32,617 nt of DNA from Octopus bimaculoides (GCF_001194135.2 NC_068994.1:26210883-26243499), one strand, 5' to 3'; shown: positions 12,016 through 23,450, numbered from the stretch's first letter. Program-made: numbers and translations. The notes: generated by a model not told the origin, from the sequence alone.

Positions 12016-12334
12016 GAAAGAAACCAAACACATCAATAAGACATTTTAACAGAATGTGATGACTGCGTATGTGATGAAGAGAACGGCATCAAGTTTTTTA
12101 AAAAACCATTAGTAGATATGTCAAGGTAGTTTATAGAAAGAGAAGGAGGAGAAAGAAAGAAATTAGGAGAAAACTAATAGTGGGGAGATATAGAGCGATA
12201 AGTGAATTAGAATAAAGCTTAAAGGCATGGAAGTAAATATATTTAGTGGAAGTGAAATGTAAGAAGACAGTCAAAGGTCGAATTTTATAGAATGGTAAGT
12301 GATTTCTACCATGGTCTAACTTGGAAAATCAAAG

Positions 12335-12625
12335 CAATATAGCCAAACAGTCTGAGCTGGTGCTCTCAAAACATACAAGTAATAGGATGCATCTCAATTT
12401 CTGAGTAGAATCTTTGGTTGGATACAAAATCTAACCAATGTTTAGCCATAATCCTGTGGAGTACCCTGATACCAAAGGTGTTCGAGTGGTCCCTAAGGGG
12501 CCTGGACAGTGTTCAAGCCTCACAACTATAGAGCAGGAGAGGGGAGGACCAGATATCTGAATACCCGAATCTTTGTCCTCTTGCACAGATATCTGTGGTG
12601 TCGAACTCCCTCATCCACAACTGCA
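12335..12625 (-). mobile_element. RTE-type LINE ORF2 C-terminal fragment, disabled
   Basis: Minus strand: RYLCKRTKIRVFRYLVLP/LLYSCEA*TLS..FGIRVLHRIMAKHWLDFVSNQR..EHQLRLFGYIA. Confidence 0.85.
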
Positions 12626-12639
12626 CCATCTCAAAATTT

Positions 12640-12765
12640 GGTATTTGCTTGGAAGAAATATTCTGTATCTTTATCTCTAATAACAGGTTATTAAATTGTG
12701 GAAACAAATTAACAGTAAACTGTGCACATTCATTTAGCAATGTATTTAAATATTTTCCAGACATA
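12640..12765 (+). mobile_element. PLE 3'-end fragment (end of the GIY-YIG ORF)
   Basis: IFCIFISNNRLLNCGNKLTVNCAH; diverged homologue of 15560-15690. Confidence 0.75.
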
Positions 12766-12859
12766 TGAAGAGAAATATTTTTAACAATAGAATCAGTAAT
12801 ATTTCTGGGATGATATTGAAATTTTACTTATGTTCTTAAGATTTTCATTGGGTTTGTGG

Positions 12860-13510
12860 TATGGTTAGTATGCTCTTGTACATAAATCCAAATCAACATC
12901 GAGAAAATTAACATTACTATGTTTATTTCTAGGAAAATAGACCTTCATATATCTAGGCTAACTGTTAATGAGCAGATATTGAAGAATAATGAAAAGTACT
13001 ACAACAATGCTCTCACTGAAGCTTGACATAAGGATAAAATATTCTATATCCCAAATATGAAATTAGAGAATATATGAAATGAGTTATTATTATGAACCAA
13101 GTAGATATATGTAAAAAGAAGAGTTAATATAAAACAAAATATCTGGACAAGGATAATGAGGATTTCAGTCATGTTGAATATCACAATAATGCGAATAGTT
13201 GCATAATTGATAATGATATAATATAAGTAAACCCCATAATAAATAATTTAAAAAAAAACATGCAATAGACATAAAACTGAGGTTTTTAACAAAAACAGTG
13301 ACCACCTCCCTAAAAGAAAAGCTAGATGTAGACATATGATATACAGTCTTCAGGACTCAGATACCTGCAAAATTCTTTGATGCATTATCCCCCATCTAGC
13401 ATATACAGTGAAATTTTCAATTGGTATGCAATTCAGTTTGCCTTTTTGACAACTAGAAACCTAGCCCAAATTATTGCAGAACACAGTTTCAAGAGAATTC
13501 ACTAGTAGGA
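12860..13510 (+). mobile_element. AT-rich PLE remnant, RT C-terminal/linker part (continues at ~15280)
   Basis: IDLHISRLTVNEQILKNNEKYYNNALTEA*HKDKIFYIP and IFNWYAIQFAFLTTRNLAQIIAEH. Confidence 0.7.
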
Positions 13511-13565
13511 ATGTAGTAAACACTAATAAAACTAATATAAAAAGTAATAATATGATTGGTAATAA

Positions 13566-13746
13566 TTCTTTCTAACAAGGCCTGAAATTTGGTGGGAGGA
13601 GACTAATCGATTACACTGGTACTTAATTTATTGATCCCGAAAGGCAAAGTTAACCATAGTGGAATTTGAAATCAGAATGTACGGACGGATGAGATGCAGT
13701 AAAGCATTTTGCTCGTCATGGTAATGCTTGTGCCAGCTCACCACCT
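13566..13746 (-). mobile_element. SINE family 1, diverged copy with internal deletions
   Basis: Aligns to 1376-1594 (CTGGTACTTAATTTAT, GAATTTGAA..CAGAATGT, GCCAGCTCACC); same tail type. Confidence 0.8.
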
Positions 13747-13795
13747 GATAATGATATTAACTATATGGTAATAATAATAATAATAACTATAGGAA

Positions 13796-14082
13796 TGTGG
13801 GGATGAACCGGAAGAAGAGGGCCATAATGTAAATGGTCAAGGGACTGACCGGAAGAAGAAGCATGAGAAGGGAAGTATGGGGGAAACAGGACAGGGTCGG
13901 CCTCTTTTGGCCGACTGAGGTATCGTGAACAGACGTCAGAGAATTCGTTCCCGGGTTGGTCAGATAACAGCTGCTTATACTGGGTGACAGGGTAAGGCAG
14001 GATTGCTGGAGTGACTATTACTAGACAGGCACAGACGAGAGAGGAAGATAGGTGAATCTCTTTTCATTTCCCATGCATGACA
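13796..14082 (+). repeat. 5' LTR (287 bp)
   Basis: TGTGGGGATGAA...CATGCATGACA; about 83% identical to the 3' LTR by manual count. Confidence 0.85.
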
Positions 14083-14130
14083 AGCTATTCCCGCGATTGT
14101 ATACATACGTCATTATCCACTTGATATATA

Positions 14131-14664
14131 ATGGCAGCAAAGATAAGGATCAGCAGTGATGTCATCAGACTTTTCTATGGCGAAGGTGACATAGTAGCCT
14201 GGATTCGAAAAGTCAAAGTTGTGGCCAGGCTAGAAGACATTGAAGATGTGGCAGGCCTCATGGCCCTGTATTTGGAGGGGAGTGCACTAGCACTGTACCT
14301 CGAAATGGATGAAGAAGAACTACTGAGCACAGTGAAAATCGAGCAGTGCTTGAGAGAGGCTTACACAGATGGAGAGTATACCACTTTTGCTAAGCTGGGA
14401 ATGATCAGATGGAGAGGGGAACAGGTTGATGAATACGCTGCAGAGGTATGGAAGCTGGTTGTGTTGTCTGGTCTTAATGGTGAGGGACTTGACAAAGCCT
14501 TTGTAAATGGCTTTCCCGATGACGTGTCGGTGTGGCTACAACAGTTGCCAGGTGGCAACAAAATGGCAATGAGCAAGCTCATCATACAAGCCCACATGTT
14601 GACACAAAACACCGGGCAGAAGGCAGTAGTGATGGCAGTTTCAGATGCCTGCAATGCTGCATGA
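14131..14664 (+). CDS. gag: Retrotransposon Gag-like protein, C-terminally truncated (177 aa)
   Basis: FYGEGDIVAWIRKVKVVARL..ALYLEGSALALY..WRGEQVDEYA..AFVNGFPD resembles Ty3/Gypsy gag capsid-region motifs. No CCHC knuckle before the stop. Confidence 0.7.
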   Translation: MAAKIRISSDVIRLFYGEGDIVAWIRKVKVVARLEDIEDVAGLMALYLEGSALALYLEMDEEELLSTVKIEQCLREAYTDGEYTTFAKLGMIRWRGEQVDEYAAEVWKLVVLSGLNGEGLDKAFVNGFPDDVSVWLQQLPGGNKMAMSKLIIQAHMLTQNTGQKAVVMAVSDACNAA

Positions 14665-14744
14665 TGGCCAGGCGCCCACCTGGGTGGGTGATAGATTTCA
14701 ACATGGAGTGAAGTGAGGAGGTGATCTTTGAGATCAGGGGTGTG

Positions 14745-15029
14745 TGTGAGGATGAGCTGGAAGAAGAGGCCCATGACATCAATGGTCAAGGGACTGACTG
14801 GGAGAGGAAGTGAGAAGGGAAGCGCAGGGGAGACAAGAAAGGGTCAGCCATTTTGGGCCGGCCAAAGGATCATGAACAGACGTTAGGGAATTCACCCCTG
14901 GGTTGGTCAGATAGCAGCTGCTTATACTGGGTGACAGTGCAGGGCAGGATCGCTGGAGTGACTACTACAAGATAGGCACAGACGAGATAGGAAGGTAGGT
15001 GAACCTCTTTTCATTTCGCATGCATGACA
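14745..15029 (+). repeat. 3' LTR (285 bp)
   Basis: TGTGAGGATGAG...CATGCATGACA, preceded by a short G-rich tract. Confidence 0.85.
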
Positions 15030-15279
15030 ATGGATAAGGTAGAACATAACATGAATGATTCTAGTGAGATAATGAACATCTGTTTGGCTAACAGTAATAT
15101 TGTAAGAGAGGTAACTGAACCTAAACCACAGTCATATTAATTAAATGAACCAAGTAAGGAATCCAATAACACACCTAATTTAATCTATAGCGAAATCAAT
15201 GATATGTAATACTACAGACAAAGTACATAATGCTTCTATCAGTAGCAAGCAGAGAGTTAATGTTAATAAGCATTATTGT

Positions 15280-15700
15280 CATTGTAACAACAAATTAGTA
15301 TGTCCACTTGAAGGGTAATGCCTCAGAAAAAAAAAACCTTAGTAAAGTGACAGCTGATATTTCTAATTATTATGTAGTCATGTACTACTGACTTTAAGCA
15401 AAAATTATGTAAACACTTTTCTTCTTTCAAAAATATGTAAAACATGAATTGTACAAGTTTGAGTAGGTCATCTGGACTTTAAAGGACAGGGACAATAAAT
15501 ATTATATTAAATGGGCAATTATTGGTATTTCTTCCCTGTATACTAATGGGAATTCGAAATATGATCTCTACTTGGGAGAAATATTCCATAGTTTTACCTC
15601 TAATAACATGTTATTAAATTGTGGAAACAAATTAACAGTAAAATGCACACATTCATATAGAAAAGTATTTAAGAATTTTCCAAACAAGGATTTTTAATTA
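15280..15700 (+). mobile_element. PLE GIY-YIG endonuclease region, disabled (3' part of the element starting ~12860)
   Basis: HCNNKLVCPLEG*CL, TTDFKQKLCKHFSSFKN..TSLS/VIWTLKDRDNKYYIKWAII..LLNCGNKLTVKCTH. Confidence 0.85.
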
Positions 15701-16689
15701 GAAATCATGTAGATAAAAGGATACAAGTTAACCTTGTCAAATAATCACAAATTTACAAAGTTAGACTTTAACAAATTTACACTAAATCTCACAATTATGT
15801 TTTTTTGTTTGTTTTTTTTTTGTGTGAATCGAGACAAAATATGTTAGAATTTCAACTTTGTTCATCTCAATCAATACTAAACTTCCACTGTTCAAAATAG
15901 TATAAAACGTTATTGCTATGGACTGGTCTGGTTATCCAAATGAAATGACATTTATTTCCTCTTTCTTTTGATTCCTTTTAAATTTATCTTATATTGTATC
16001 ATATTATCCTCATTATGAGTTGTCAGTGGTGTGAATGCATTCTGACCTAATTAAGGTTATTTTCTACTACTAAGTGTATAAAATGATCTGTTCCCTTAAT
16101 GTTTAAAAAGGTCATTCTAAGTTTAAATGATTCCAGAACTATAGTCATATCGTATTTCAATGCAAACTCTGTCTTGTACTCTGAAGTTTTGTGGTCCCTC
16201 ACCTAGAATATACCTTAAGAAGTATGAGCTAATACTTGAATCTTCAGTTTTCTCCTCCTACCTGCATTGCTAAATTCTTGAACAAAGCTGCAATGGAATG
16301 TCTACTCGGGATGAATATGTACTACAACTGATTTAAATTTGAATTAGCTAAATGCACATAATTGCCACACCAAAGGATCCTTGGACACTTATCCAGCAGA
16401 AATACATGTCAGATTGGAATTTGATGGAAATTAAGCTTTAATAAATAAATGTTGAAGATGTACAATTCTTTATTCTTTTTATGTCTTGATTATATACTTT
16501 GTATGCTGCATGAAATCCAATGAAGTCAACTTAGGATTTACTTATCGAGTAAAGTAACATTTAATTGCTTATCTTAAACAGTTGTGTATGTTCCCTTCCT
16601 GTTGATGTGGTTAGCCAGAACTGGATTATATCAGTGCAAATAAGGTACTTGCTTGGATTCCCATTCTCTATTCCATTGTGTTGGCCAAA

Positions 16690-16806
16690 ACAGACACAGT
16701 AGCCTTGGGTAGATTTTCTACCTGGCCAGCTCCTGCCAACCATCCTACCCATACATGCAAGGAAAAGGGGCATTAAACGATGACGACGATGATGATGATG
16801 ATGACG
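16690..16806 (+). mobile_element. RTE-like 3' tail fragment ending (GAT/GAC)n
   Basis: CCAGCTCCTGCCAACCATCCTACCCATACATGCAAGGAAAAGGGGCATTAAACGATGACGACGATGATG. Confidence 0.65.
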
Positions 16807-17050
16807 ATTATGATATGTTTAATATGTATGTCCAACTTAACTTGGATGGGCTGTGTAAATGCTATAAACTTCAGTTATTGTCCTGAGAAATCAAATCATA
16901 TAGACCAGCGTTTCTCAACTGGGGTTCTCCGGAACCCTAGGGTTCTGAAAAAGGTTCCTAGGGCTTCTGTGAGAAAGAGTGAGATAAGCTATTGCTAATT
17001 TCATGATTGTAATATTACTATATATGTACAACATATTATTGGTTATTGTA

Positions 17051-18330
17051 TTAGGTTGTTCCAAAAAATAATGGCTGCTCTAAGTGTTGTGTTTTGAAAC
17101 GCAATTTTATCATAGTATTTTAATTATACTTTAGATGAATTTCAACATACTTAATAATTGATATATGCTCTTTGATAATTTTCTACTTATTTCAGGCAGA
17201 AAACATTTTTGAAGTATAGGCACCCTTAATTATGAACATGATAAAAAAGGACCTTTGCTTACTTTTCTTGCTTAAGTTGGAGCTTGGGCACAATTCCTCC
17301 CAAACTGCTGCCAATATCAAGAGGGCATGGAGAGAAGGGTCCACAAGTGATCACACAGTACGAAGGTGGTTTCAGAAATTCTGTAGTGGTGATGAGAGCC
17401 TTGAAGATGAAGAAAGTAGAGGACGGTCATGCAGTCTTGACAATGAACAATTGAAAGCAATTGTTGAATAAACCTATGTCAAAGTGTCAGAGAAATGTCT
17501 CAGGGACTCGGTGTTGGTATTGCAACGGTCTCACACAATCTGCAGAAGATTGGTAAAGTGAAAAAGCTCGATAAATGAGTATTGCATGAGCTCAATGAAA
17601 ATCAAAATGTTTGGCGTTTTGGAGTGTATTTGATGCTCTTTCTGCGAAACACCAATGATCCTTTCCTTGACTGAATAGTCACTTGTGACGAAAAGTGGAT
17701 CCTTTATGATCCATAAACGATCAGGTCAATAGCTTGATTGTGATGAGTCCTCCAAACATTTCCCAAAGCCAAAGTTGCATCAGCAAAAGATTATGGTGAC
17801 CGTCTGGTGATCTGCAATTGGTGTTGTCCATCACAGCTTTGTGGAAGCCAATCAGATCATTACAGCAGAGGTTTACTACAATCAACTCACTGAAATGCAT
17901 GCTCACTTGCAAAAAATGAGATCTGCATTAGTGAATTGGCATGGCCCACTTCTGCTCCACGATAATGTAAAGCTACATATTGCAAAAATGACGCTGCCGA
18001 AACTCAGACTTGGGATATGAGACTTTACCACATCCTCCATATTTTCCTTATCTTTTACTCACTGACTACCATTTTTTTAAAGCATTTAAAAACGTTTTTA
18101 AGTGATAAAACTCTTAGGTCTAAACCAGAGGTGGAATCAGCTTTCAAAGATTTCTTAGCATCAAAGCCAATAAGTTTTTATCAACAAGGCATAAATAATC
18201 TCGTTGATCGATAGCAGAGATGCGTAGATGTTCACGGCTCATACTTTGACTAATCAAAACATTTCTATTGTTAATTTTCCAGAATAAGATGATGTTTCTG
18301 AAATCGGCCATTATTTTCAGAACAACCTAA
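17051..18330 (+). mobile_element. Full-length mariner (Tc1/mariner, DD34D) transposon
   Basis: TIRs TTAGGTTGTTCCAAAAAATAATGGC and GCCATTATTTTCAGAACAACCTAA, flanked by TA on both sides; 1280 bp. Confidence 0.95.
17232..18253 (+). pseudogene. Mariner transposase pseudogene
   Basis: HTVRRWFQKFCSGDESLED, *VLHEL (WVPHEL), IVTCDEKW, LLHDN, PHPPYFPYLLLTDYHFF. Several stops; a 2-nt deletion between the 2nd and 3rd Asp restores D34D spacing when corrected. Confidence 0.92.
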
Positions 18331-18396
18331 TAATATTGTAATATAGACATCATCCTATCTAACCTATTATGTTATCAAAAAGATATAACAATCATA

Positions 18397-18410
18397 TACA
18401 CACACACACA

Positions 18411-18466
<56 letters not shown>
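18397..18466. repeat. (CA)n microsatellite
   Basis: Direct reading. Confidence 0.95.
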
Positions 18467-18471
<5 letters not shown>

Positions 18472-18900
18472 TTAGAGCTATAACGCGATCCATCGTAAAA
18501 ATTTGTTTAATGACCTATGTACATTTCGATGCAATATCCCGACTCACTCTTGTCTGTGATAAAAAATGGAATATTGTATCTCTTCAGGGTCAGGTTTGAT
18601 TAATTCATAGCAGACAGTAAATAACAGACAGCATTAATAATTGTCCTTAAATTACATGTGCATAAACAAGTTGTAATGACATGAAGCATATTGACACTGC
18701 ATACAATATCGGTTAAGAAAACTGTTATATAGTAAAGTAAGTAAGTAGTGTTGTTAACTTAGGATATTAATCTAGGATGTTAAGTAACGACAAGTAAAGG
18801 ACGCTGTAATTTCAATAAAAACCGTTGAACTTTTGAAAGTAAATAAAACGAAGAAAGAAAATAATCTGTTATATATTATAATAAAAAAAATTATAAATTA

Positions 18901-19740
18901 ATGGCCAAAGAGAGGTAAATCTAATAAATAATATTTCTGAAATATATAATCGACTCAAATGTGCATAATCATATCAAATAATTATATTTCATTTCAAGTT
19001 GAGAACAGTAATGAGACTTATTTTAAGTTTATGTAAACAAGATAAATTAGAGAATATAAATTATAAATAATAATAAATTAGGTTACATTCAGATTGCAGC
19101 TATCAAAGTTTCAGAAAAAATATATTAATTTAGCTTAGTAATGGAGTTCAAATACAATATTAAAAATAATATCAAAAGAAGGAATGGATTTAATCGATAA
19201 AGTAAAAAGTAAACAATTATTACGATGTAATCGTTACTATCTCACATATAAATATAAATGAAAAATTAAGTAACTATTATCATGCAAAGTAGGTAGATGA
19301 ATACGACGCTATTATATCAAATAATTCATTAGATACTTGAGAAAAAAGCCAACTCACTTAAAAAAAGTTATCTGTAATAGACCATAACAGAAATAAAGTT
19401 AACATAAAAAAATTCATGGTCAAAGAGAGGTAAATCTAGCAAGATAATATATATTTTTTTGTAGAATCTAAATAATTCACTCAATGTGATTAATCCTATC
19501 AAATCATTATATTGATTTTTAAATTAAAATATTTTTGAGACAAATAAAGGATATGTAATCAAGATAATTAAGAAATTATAAATTATAAATTACAAAGTAA
19601 AAATAAATTAGGTTACACTCAAATAGCAATCATCGAAACCTTAAATATACATTACATTAACTTAGTAGTGAGATTAAATAAATGAAGGGATTTATACGAT
19701 AAAGCAAGCAGTCAACAATAATTTCGATGTCATCTATACA
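18901..19740 (+). repeat. Diverged direct duplication (~330-bp units, ~516-bp spacing) in AT-rich DNA
   Basis: ATGG(C/T)CAAAGAGAGGTAAATCTA at 18901 and 19417; AATAAATTAGGTTACA and GATTTA..CGATAAAG recur in register. Confidence 0.75.
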
Positions 19741-19944
19741 AAAATTACATAGGATTATCAGAGAAACATCAATAAAGTAAGAACCAAACTTACCATTGTA
19801 AATATAGGAAAAGGTTGTATGAAATTAAAGCTAAACTAATTTAACATAATATCCTGGTATGTAGTTAAAGCTAAGTCAAGTTAAAATAATATCCTACTAT
19901 GTAGCAAACTAACATCTCCAAAGTAGATTTTAAAAAAATAAAAA

Positions 19945-20809
19945 CGTATGTTTACTCATATGTTTACATCTGAAAGCTCTATATGTGATTTTATTAACTA
20001 GGTCACCCTTAGAGAAAAGTATGAAATACAATTCTAAATTACAGAGGGAACAAAAATCTTTGCCCTTGTCGTAAGGAAATTATTTTCCTATAATTGACCA
20101 TTCTAAAGAATACTCCTTATTTTGGTCTTTAAGTTGCCAAATTAATCTACTAAGCACCATGCTATTTTGTTTCTTTCTATCTCTAAATGTTGAATAATGG
20201 TTCGATATTCTTTTCGAAATTTCGAGCGAAGACGATCCAATATAAACCCTAATTTCATTTTTGGTTAATACATTACACTGATATACAGTATCTTTAGCTT
20301 TAGCATTTACACTTGGGAATTTAATTCTATTAGGATTTAGTTCTGATATTACTATTTTGTTGGTTGTTATTATTAATAATATTGGTATTATTATTTTTGT
20401 TAACTTTTAAATTATCTATAACTGTGTCACCTGGAAAATTAAGATTATTACTTATATTTATATTATTTGACTCTTCAATAAAATTAGAGCTTAATAGTTT
20501 CACGTTATGGGCGGCGATAATTTGTGTTAAATTCTTGGTATTTGAAAAGCCAAATCTGACCTTATGTGCGTTTATGATTTTGTAGTAATGCGAGTTTTTG
20601 GGAAAATTCCTACTAACTACATTCCTGAACAGGGTAACTAAGTTCGACTTAATTTGTTTACCAAATGGAATAACGAACCATAAATTATCCTCATTTTTGG
20701 TTTTATAACCATTACTACTATTCCTAAAGAATTTTATTCTACCTCTGTTAGGATTGGATTCATGTCTAGGGTATTGTGGTTTATCTCTATTCTTTCTTAC
20801 GATGTTAAT
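19945..20809 (-). mobile_element. AT-rich PLE remnant: linker and GIY-YIG endonuclease
   Basis: ORF track gives LWFVIPFGKQIKSNL..YYKIINAHKVRFGFSNTKNLTQIIAAHN. Manual extension gives DTVYQCNV..RVYIGSSS..RISNHYSTF..LSRLIWQLKD..LEWSII..CSLCNLE..CKH. Confidence 0.92.
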
Positions 20810-21375
20810 ATTATTATTATTTAGTGAGAGAGCAGTGCATGCCATCAAAGTGACACTGGGGTAAAATATACGAAGCCCATTATACCCATCATGACTACCT
20901 GTCTGACAAGGGTACACCAGGCACATGCATCACAGCCATATGTGTGCGACATGGTGATCTCATATCAAGATAAACAGCCCATGACCTTGCAGGTGGGGCC
21001 CAGTTAGAATTTTTTTCAGGTCGAGTAGCCCATCCCGCTCAAAAGGTCTCTGAATAAAGTTCGTTTAAGGATGTTGAGCAAAACACCCATGTTTCCAAAG
21101 GTGAACTATTCAAACCCCAAAGAATTCCTCTCAACACATGACTATGATGCTCCCCCACTACTTCTGTTCATGATCAGAGATGCACATATCGTCAGCCACC
21201 AAGGGACATGCTCAACTGGTTAAGGTTAAACAACTGACAAGCAAATCTGTGGTATTAAGCAGAATATTTGCTGTAGCCCATCTTTTATACCAAGACAAAA
21301 CAATGTACATGATAACACTTCCAATCAGTTAAAATCAGAAGCCATGAGAAGCACTGCTTGGTACTGCATCCGGGC
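20810..21375 (-). mobile_element. ~560-bp non-coding retroposon with (TAA)n tail, inserted in the PLE Asn tract
   Basis: Abrupt GC-richer segment bounded by (AAT)n on both sides; PLE-like coding resumes beyond it. Family not named with certainty. Confidence 0.65.
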
Positions 21376-21376
21376 A

Positions 21377-21388
21377 TTTATTATTATT

Positions 21389-21430
<42 letters not shown>
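21377..21430. repeat. (ATT)n microsatellite (PLE Asn-coding tract on the minus strand)
   Basis: Direct reading. Confidence 0.85.
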
Positions 21431-21433
<3 letters not shown>

Positions 21434-21495
21434 ATTGCTAATATTTTCACCTGCCTTAAGGGAATCAGAATCTGGTTTAATATAGTATACATTTT
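21420..21495 (-). mobile_element. Probable upstream continuation of the 19945-20809 PLE
   Basis: Minus strand ENVYYIKPDSDSLKAGENISNINNNN could join NNNNINIVRKNRDK across the insertion. Confidence 0.5.
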
Positions 21496-21502
21496 CTTTA
21501 TA

Positions 21503-21566
<64 letters not shown>
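21503..21566. repeat. Compound C-run/(CT)n/(AT)n microsatellite
   Basis: Direct reading. Confidence 0.9.
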
Positions 21567-21569
<3 letters not shown>

Positions 21570-22539
21570 ATTTACCATGAGAACTACAATGAAAAAATAT
21601 GACAAGGATATGGTATACAATTTTTTTGTGCGGGAGTTTATTGAGACATGTAATTTATTTATTTTCAGGGTTACGCAAGGGTAAAAAGGTTGAGAAACAC
21701 CGATATAGACAAATAGTGCTAAAAAGCACTGATTATATCAACAGATGAATTTCATCTTCAATATATCTTCACATCAACAATAATTGACAACTACACACTG
21801 AATGCTTGACTGAATTACTCATTACAAAGACTGCTTAAGTCACTAATAGGTAATTTATATTCAGGCTGTCAGCTTTTTGCAGCACCACTGACTGTTTAGT
21901 CAGTGTTAAAATATATCAGCTTGGCAAGATTTTGGTGTAGCATTTGATGTTTAGGTGTCTATTGCTTATGATGCAAAAATACACTGAAATCATGTGATGC
22001 TATTGTCCTTACACTGGGGCTGACAAAAATCATCCACCAATGTAATCTGAGCTTTTTAGCTCTATTTGTCTATACAAGATGATTTCTTAGGACAATAACT
22101 GCAGTTTATGGCATTTACACAGCTCAACCAAGTTAAGTAGGATGTGTAAATTAATTATATATATCAAAAGGCTTTGTTATAATACTATTCCACAGCTATA
22201 CCAACAATCCAATAATGCTAATCGACAGATACAAAAACAGCCATACCAGCAATCCAACATATCTCCTGGGCAGTACCATACAATAAGATATTGTAATACT
22301 ATATTAATATATTAAGATATATTAAATACATTATAATATAGGTGGTTATAGTAATTAAAACCAAAAAGGGAAAATTAATAAATGAGGGTGAAAAATAGCA
22401 CCTATAATTGCTAGAAATGAGAGCTAAAATTTAACTCGAACAGCAACACAAAAGCACTAACCTCATGAAATATTTGGGACTGTGAGCAGCAAGCTACATC
22501 TTTCATTGGCGAGCTACACTAGCAGAATGAAGTAGTTTG

Positions 22540-23450
22540 ATAAAACATTATCTCCTGAAGAGGATCTGGAAAAGGAGAGAGTGCCAGAAGACTGGAAGAA
22601 AGGACACCTTGGTAAAACTGCTTAAGAAAGGGGACCTGTCATCCTACAATAACTGGAGGGAAATCATGCTACTATCCATCGCAGAGAAAGTATTGATGAA
22701 AATTATCCCTGAGAGATTGAAGACCGCCTTGAACAAGACACTTCAGGATGAACAAGCAGACTTCCATCAAGATAGATCCTACACAGACTACATCACAACA
22801 ATGTGGATTATCATCGAGCAGTCCCTAGAGTGGCAGGCTCCCTTATACACAGTCTTGTCGACTTTCAGAAGACTTTTGATAGTGTCAACAGAGATGTCAT
22901 CTGGAAACTGATGTACTATTACGGCTTCTCACAGAAGTTCATCATCATCATACAACAGCCATATGAAGATGTCACCTGTCAAGTCATCCACAGCAGGAAA
23001 CTGATGGAACTCTTCATTGTGCAAACCGGCGTCTGACAAGGTTGTTTGCTTTCACTGACGATCTTCCTGATGGTGGTTAACTGGATCATGAGACAAGCCA
23101 CAGCAGGCAAGAGATAAGGCTTCCAGTGGACCTTTGAGAAACAATTGGAAGACCTAAACTATGCAGACGACATCAGTCTTCTCTCCCGCAAGCAGCAACA
23201 TGCACAGGAGAAGTTATGTTGTGTTGCAGAAGCGGAAAGGACTGGCCTCCAGATCAACATTAAGAAGACAGAGGTCATGAGAGTGAACAACAGACAGCAA
23301 GACCCAGTGCAACTACACCAGAAGAATATCAAGGATGTAGACAGGTTTGTTTACCTGGGCAGTGTTGTCAGTAAAGATGGAAGGGACAGATGAGGACATT
23401 AAATGCTGAATAAACAAATCCTGACATGCCTTCAACACCTTGCGACCAAT
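22540..23450 (+). mobile_element. RTE-clade LINE reverse transcriptase fragment, disabled
   Basis: KKGDLSSYNNWREIMLLS, EQADF..DRSYTDYI, VDFQKTFDSVNR, GV*QGCLLS..F, LNYADDISLLS, INIKKTEVM, FVYLGSVV. Confidence 0.95.

Larger units (their letters stand above)
13796..15029 (+). mobile_element. LTR retroelement (Ty3/Gypsy-type gag) lacking pol: LTR-gag-LTR, 1.23 kb
   Basis: Two TG...CA direct repeats (13796-14082, 14745-15029) flank a gag-like ORF. No clear PBS or matching TSD. Confidence 0.85.
16906..21702. mobile_element. hAT (Charlie-like) non-autonomous element expanded by nested insertions
   Basis: TIRs CAGCGTTTCTCAAC (16906) and GTTGAGAAACACCG (ends 21702), 12/14 match. Perfect 8-bp TSD ATATAGAC at 16898-16905 and 21703-21710. 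Confidence 0.9.

Noticed and set aside
12513-12764. Minus-strand ORF with an apparent paralogue at 15560-15690 (FTVNLFPQFNN)
   Set aside because: The conserved frame is on the plus strand (PLE C-terminus LLNCGNKLTV); the minus-strand similarity is a shadow.
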